Part shown: positions 61,801 to 64,000 of the stretch, piece by piece | Position numbering within the stretch: position 1 is the stretch's first letter | Layout of the letters: each line of letters starts with the position of its first letter | From: Takakia lepidozioides | Lineage: Eukaryota; Plantae; Bryophyta | Length of the DNA stretch: 64,000 nt | NCBI GenBank assembly: GCA_030704615.1 | Contig: CM060732.1 | Span: forward strand, 11,780,001 to 11,844,000 | Direction: 5' to 3' | Notes under the pieces: model-generated | The model's input: only the letters and a program-made list of their open reading frames with translations | Told to the model about the DNA's origin: nothing | Database searches by the model: none | Program-made: the position numbers and the translations under genes

Positions 61801-64000
61801 GTGCTCAAAGATCGTGCTCTCGCCTGATTCCTCCAGTGATGTCAAGAAGTGATCTCCAAGAAGTTACCCTCTCCATGTTGTTACTCTGCCTATTCTACCT
61901 GCAAGCTGTTCTAACCGCCTAACTAACTAACTGTCATCAAGACAGAATGCACATTCCCCATGCAGATGTCGTTCCTACACAGTCATTCCCTGCCAATGAT
62001 AACCGTTCCCTGTGAACGTTTGTGAACGGGCTTGTGATGATGCTGATAGGATAGGCTGTGATAGACTGTGTCACTGTGCTTGTGACAAAGCTTGTGACTG
62101 ACTGTGATAGGCTGGTGTAAGGCGTGTGACAAAGCTGTGTAAGGCTGTGACAAGTTTGTGTCAGGCTGTGACAAGCTGTGTAAGCCTGTGACTGACTGTG
62201 TGAGCCTGCCTACCACCCCTAAGGCCTGCGTCTGTCACCCCTAAGGCCTCTGTTGGTCTGAGTCTACCATCCGTAAGTCTGTGCAAAAATTAAGGGTACC
62301 CCACCAAACCCGTTAAAACTGTCTAAGTCCCAGACAACCCTCTAATAGGGTCACCATGCATTTTGACCTCCACCGTGGCACCACAAACTTTGCCAAGTCC
62401 AGGTCTCTTGCCCCCCGGGATTTCTTCTTCTTTTTCCCACCTCTCCCTTCTTTGCATCCTCCTTCCCCTGCTCCTTTGTTACCCCACTGCCCTCCCCCGC
62501 ATGCCCATGAGCCCCTTTCATCTCCACGGGACTTCTTCTTTCTTCTTTTCTTCTCGTGCCCCTTCTCGACACTATCTCCCTTCCCCTTCCCGGTTACTCC
62601 TCTCTCTCATTCTCCCTCTCCCTTCTCTCTCTCTCGTCGGCAGCCCCTTCATTTGATGGCAAAAGGGACCTCGGGAGCTCGAGCTCTCTTCTTACTTACC
62701 TTTGGTGTTTGGGTCCTTCACAAACACCACGTGCCCTCCCTCATGGGCAACCTCACTGGGGTGCACCAATGAGGCCAAGACGAATATAACCCCCCCAAAT
62801 CAAAAAAAAAAACAAACAACAAGACAAACATGCATGTAAAGCAAAGGACAAAACATGCAATGGACAAGGTGCGACGGATGTACCTTTGCAACCTTGGCCG
62901 ACTCGCCCCCGATGTCACCCGATATGGGAGGAGTCCCCACTACCGGAAGTCCCCGCACTCTCCCCTCCCGGAGCGACGGTGGAAGTAAATTCCACAACAC
63001 CATAGCCCTCGGCAGTAACCCCGTAGTCCAGACCCTTCTTTGCTGACCGCTCAGGCTCTCCGGGTGACGTCGCTGACCGGCTAGGCTCTCCACCAGCCCC
63101 TAGCTCCTCCCTCCCCGCCCCCCCCCCCCCCCCCCCCCCCCCCACACTCTTGGCTACGGTGAGCCCCTCTCCAACTCAGCCATGCATCGGCCATTCCTCC
63201 TCAGCTCCCCCTCAGGGAGACAGTGGGATAGGAACGAACACTTCCGGGGCCCTCGAACCTGACCTTGGGCCTTGGCAAGTGCAGCCTTTTGCTGCGGAGG
63301 AAGGGGTCGCTACAGGGGCTGAGATCCAAAAGCTTGCCCAACCGGGTAACCGAATGGGTGATGCGCTTGCCAAGGTACATTAGGTAAATTTCAGCCGGCT
63401 TGGGGGGGGGGGGTATGCTGAACTGAGCCACGGGAACATTATCCGCTAAGCAACAACCTCCCGAGTAGGAGAGCTGGCTGGGGCCGGCCCTGGCGCATCC
63501 AAGACAGGGGAGAATGGGAGGGGGGGGGGGGGGGACTGGCCTCAGCTGCGGGCGAACCTGGGCGACACGGCAGTCAATGGGGCTGGTAACCCGTAAGGTG
63601 CCAGCCCGCATCACACGTCCCGGGATATGAAACGGGTTCACTGCGCCTTTCTTTGGGGCAAGGGACTTCTTCTCTTTCCCCATACTCTTGGCACCTGTCA
63701 TGCAATGGAGACATTAGGCCTTCGTGGAAACAACCTCTAGATTCCAGATCAAAAAAAAAAAAAACAAGCATGTATGTCCCTCTCTCCCTCTCTCCCATCA
63801 GGATGTGGAGAGAGAGGAGAGAGAGGGAATGCAGAGGGAAAAAAATAAAAATAAAATAAAAAATGGGGGGGGGGGGGGGGGGGGGCTAAGCAGCAGAAGC
63901 TGCTCAGTCACCCCCCCCACCTTCTTTTCTTGTTTTTTTTTCCTCAGCACTCCCCTCTTCTCTCTCTCTCCCTGTCTCTCACTCTTTTCCCTCATCTCTC
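55894..64000. repeat. Duplicate of ~47360-55393, probably a redundant contig overlap or haplotig
   Basis: Collinear over ~8 kb; differs mostly by 1-2 nt indels; begins exactly at the gap. Confidence 0.85.

Overview
Eukaryotic, transposon-dense window, probably from a land plant (PLS-type PPR fragments, CACTA elements, spliceosomal introns). I see no intact host gene. The main feature is a young ~12.1-kb Ty3/gypsy-type retroelement (38494-50617, minus strand) encoding Gag(2x CCHC)-protease-DNMT3-like C5 cytosine methyltransferase-[UAG CAA CCA readthrough context]-RT-RNaseH-DDE integrase-PHD finger. It lacks a normal LTR pair. Its ends are split, permuted repeats, B-[internal]-A-gc-B-t-A, flanked by a 4-bp TSD (CCCG). 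The internal A|B junction is the perfect palindrome GACA-GC-TGTC, which joins the element's two outer ends. This is the structure expected if a 2-LTR circle were opened by integrase inside an LTR. The PBS position is complementary to a sequence inside B, suggesting Tf1-like self-priming. A second, decayed copy (28638-31999, plus strand) independently shows the A-B-A end and the same readthrough stop. Also present: a CACTA element whose Tnp2 intron holds a SET-domain ORF that may be alternatively spliced; a 6.6-kb non-autonomous CACTA with perfect TIRs, a TSD, a paralogous empty site and captured PPR fragments; a degraded element with TNP1-like and ParB-like ORF remnants plus dispersed ~24-bp palindromes; and LINE 3' remnants. 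The last 8 kb, after a 500-N gap, duplicates 47360-55393 and is probably an assembly overlap. All domain calls come from motif recognition by eye, not from database searches.
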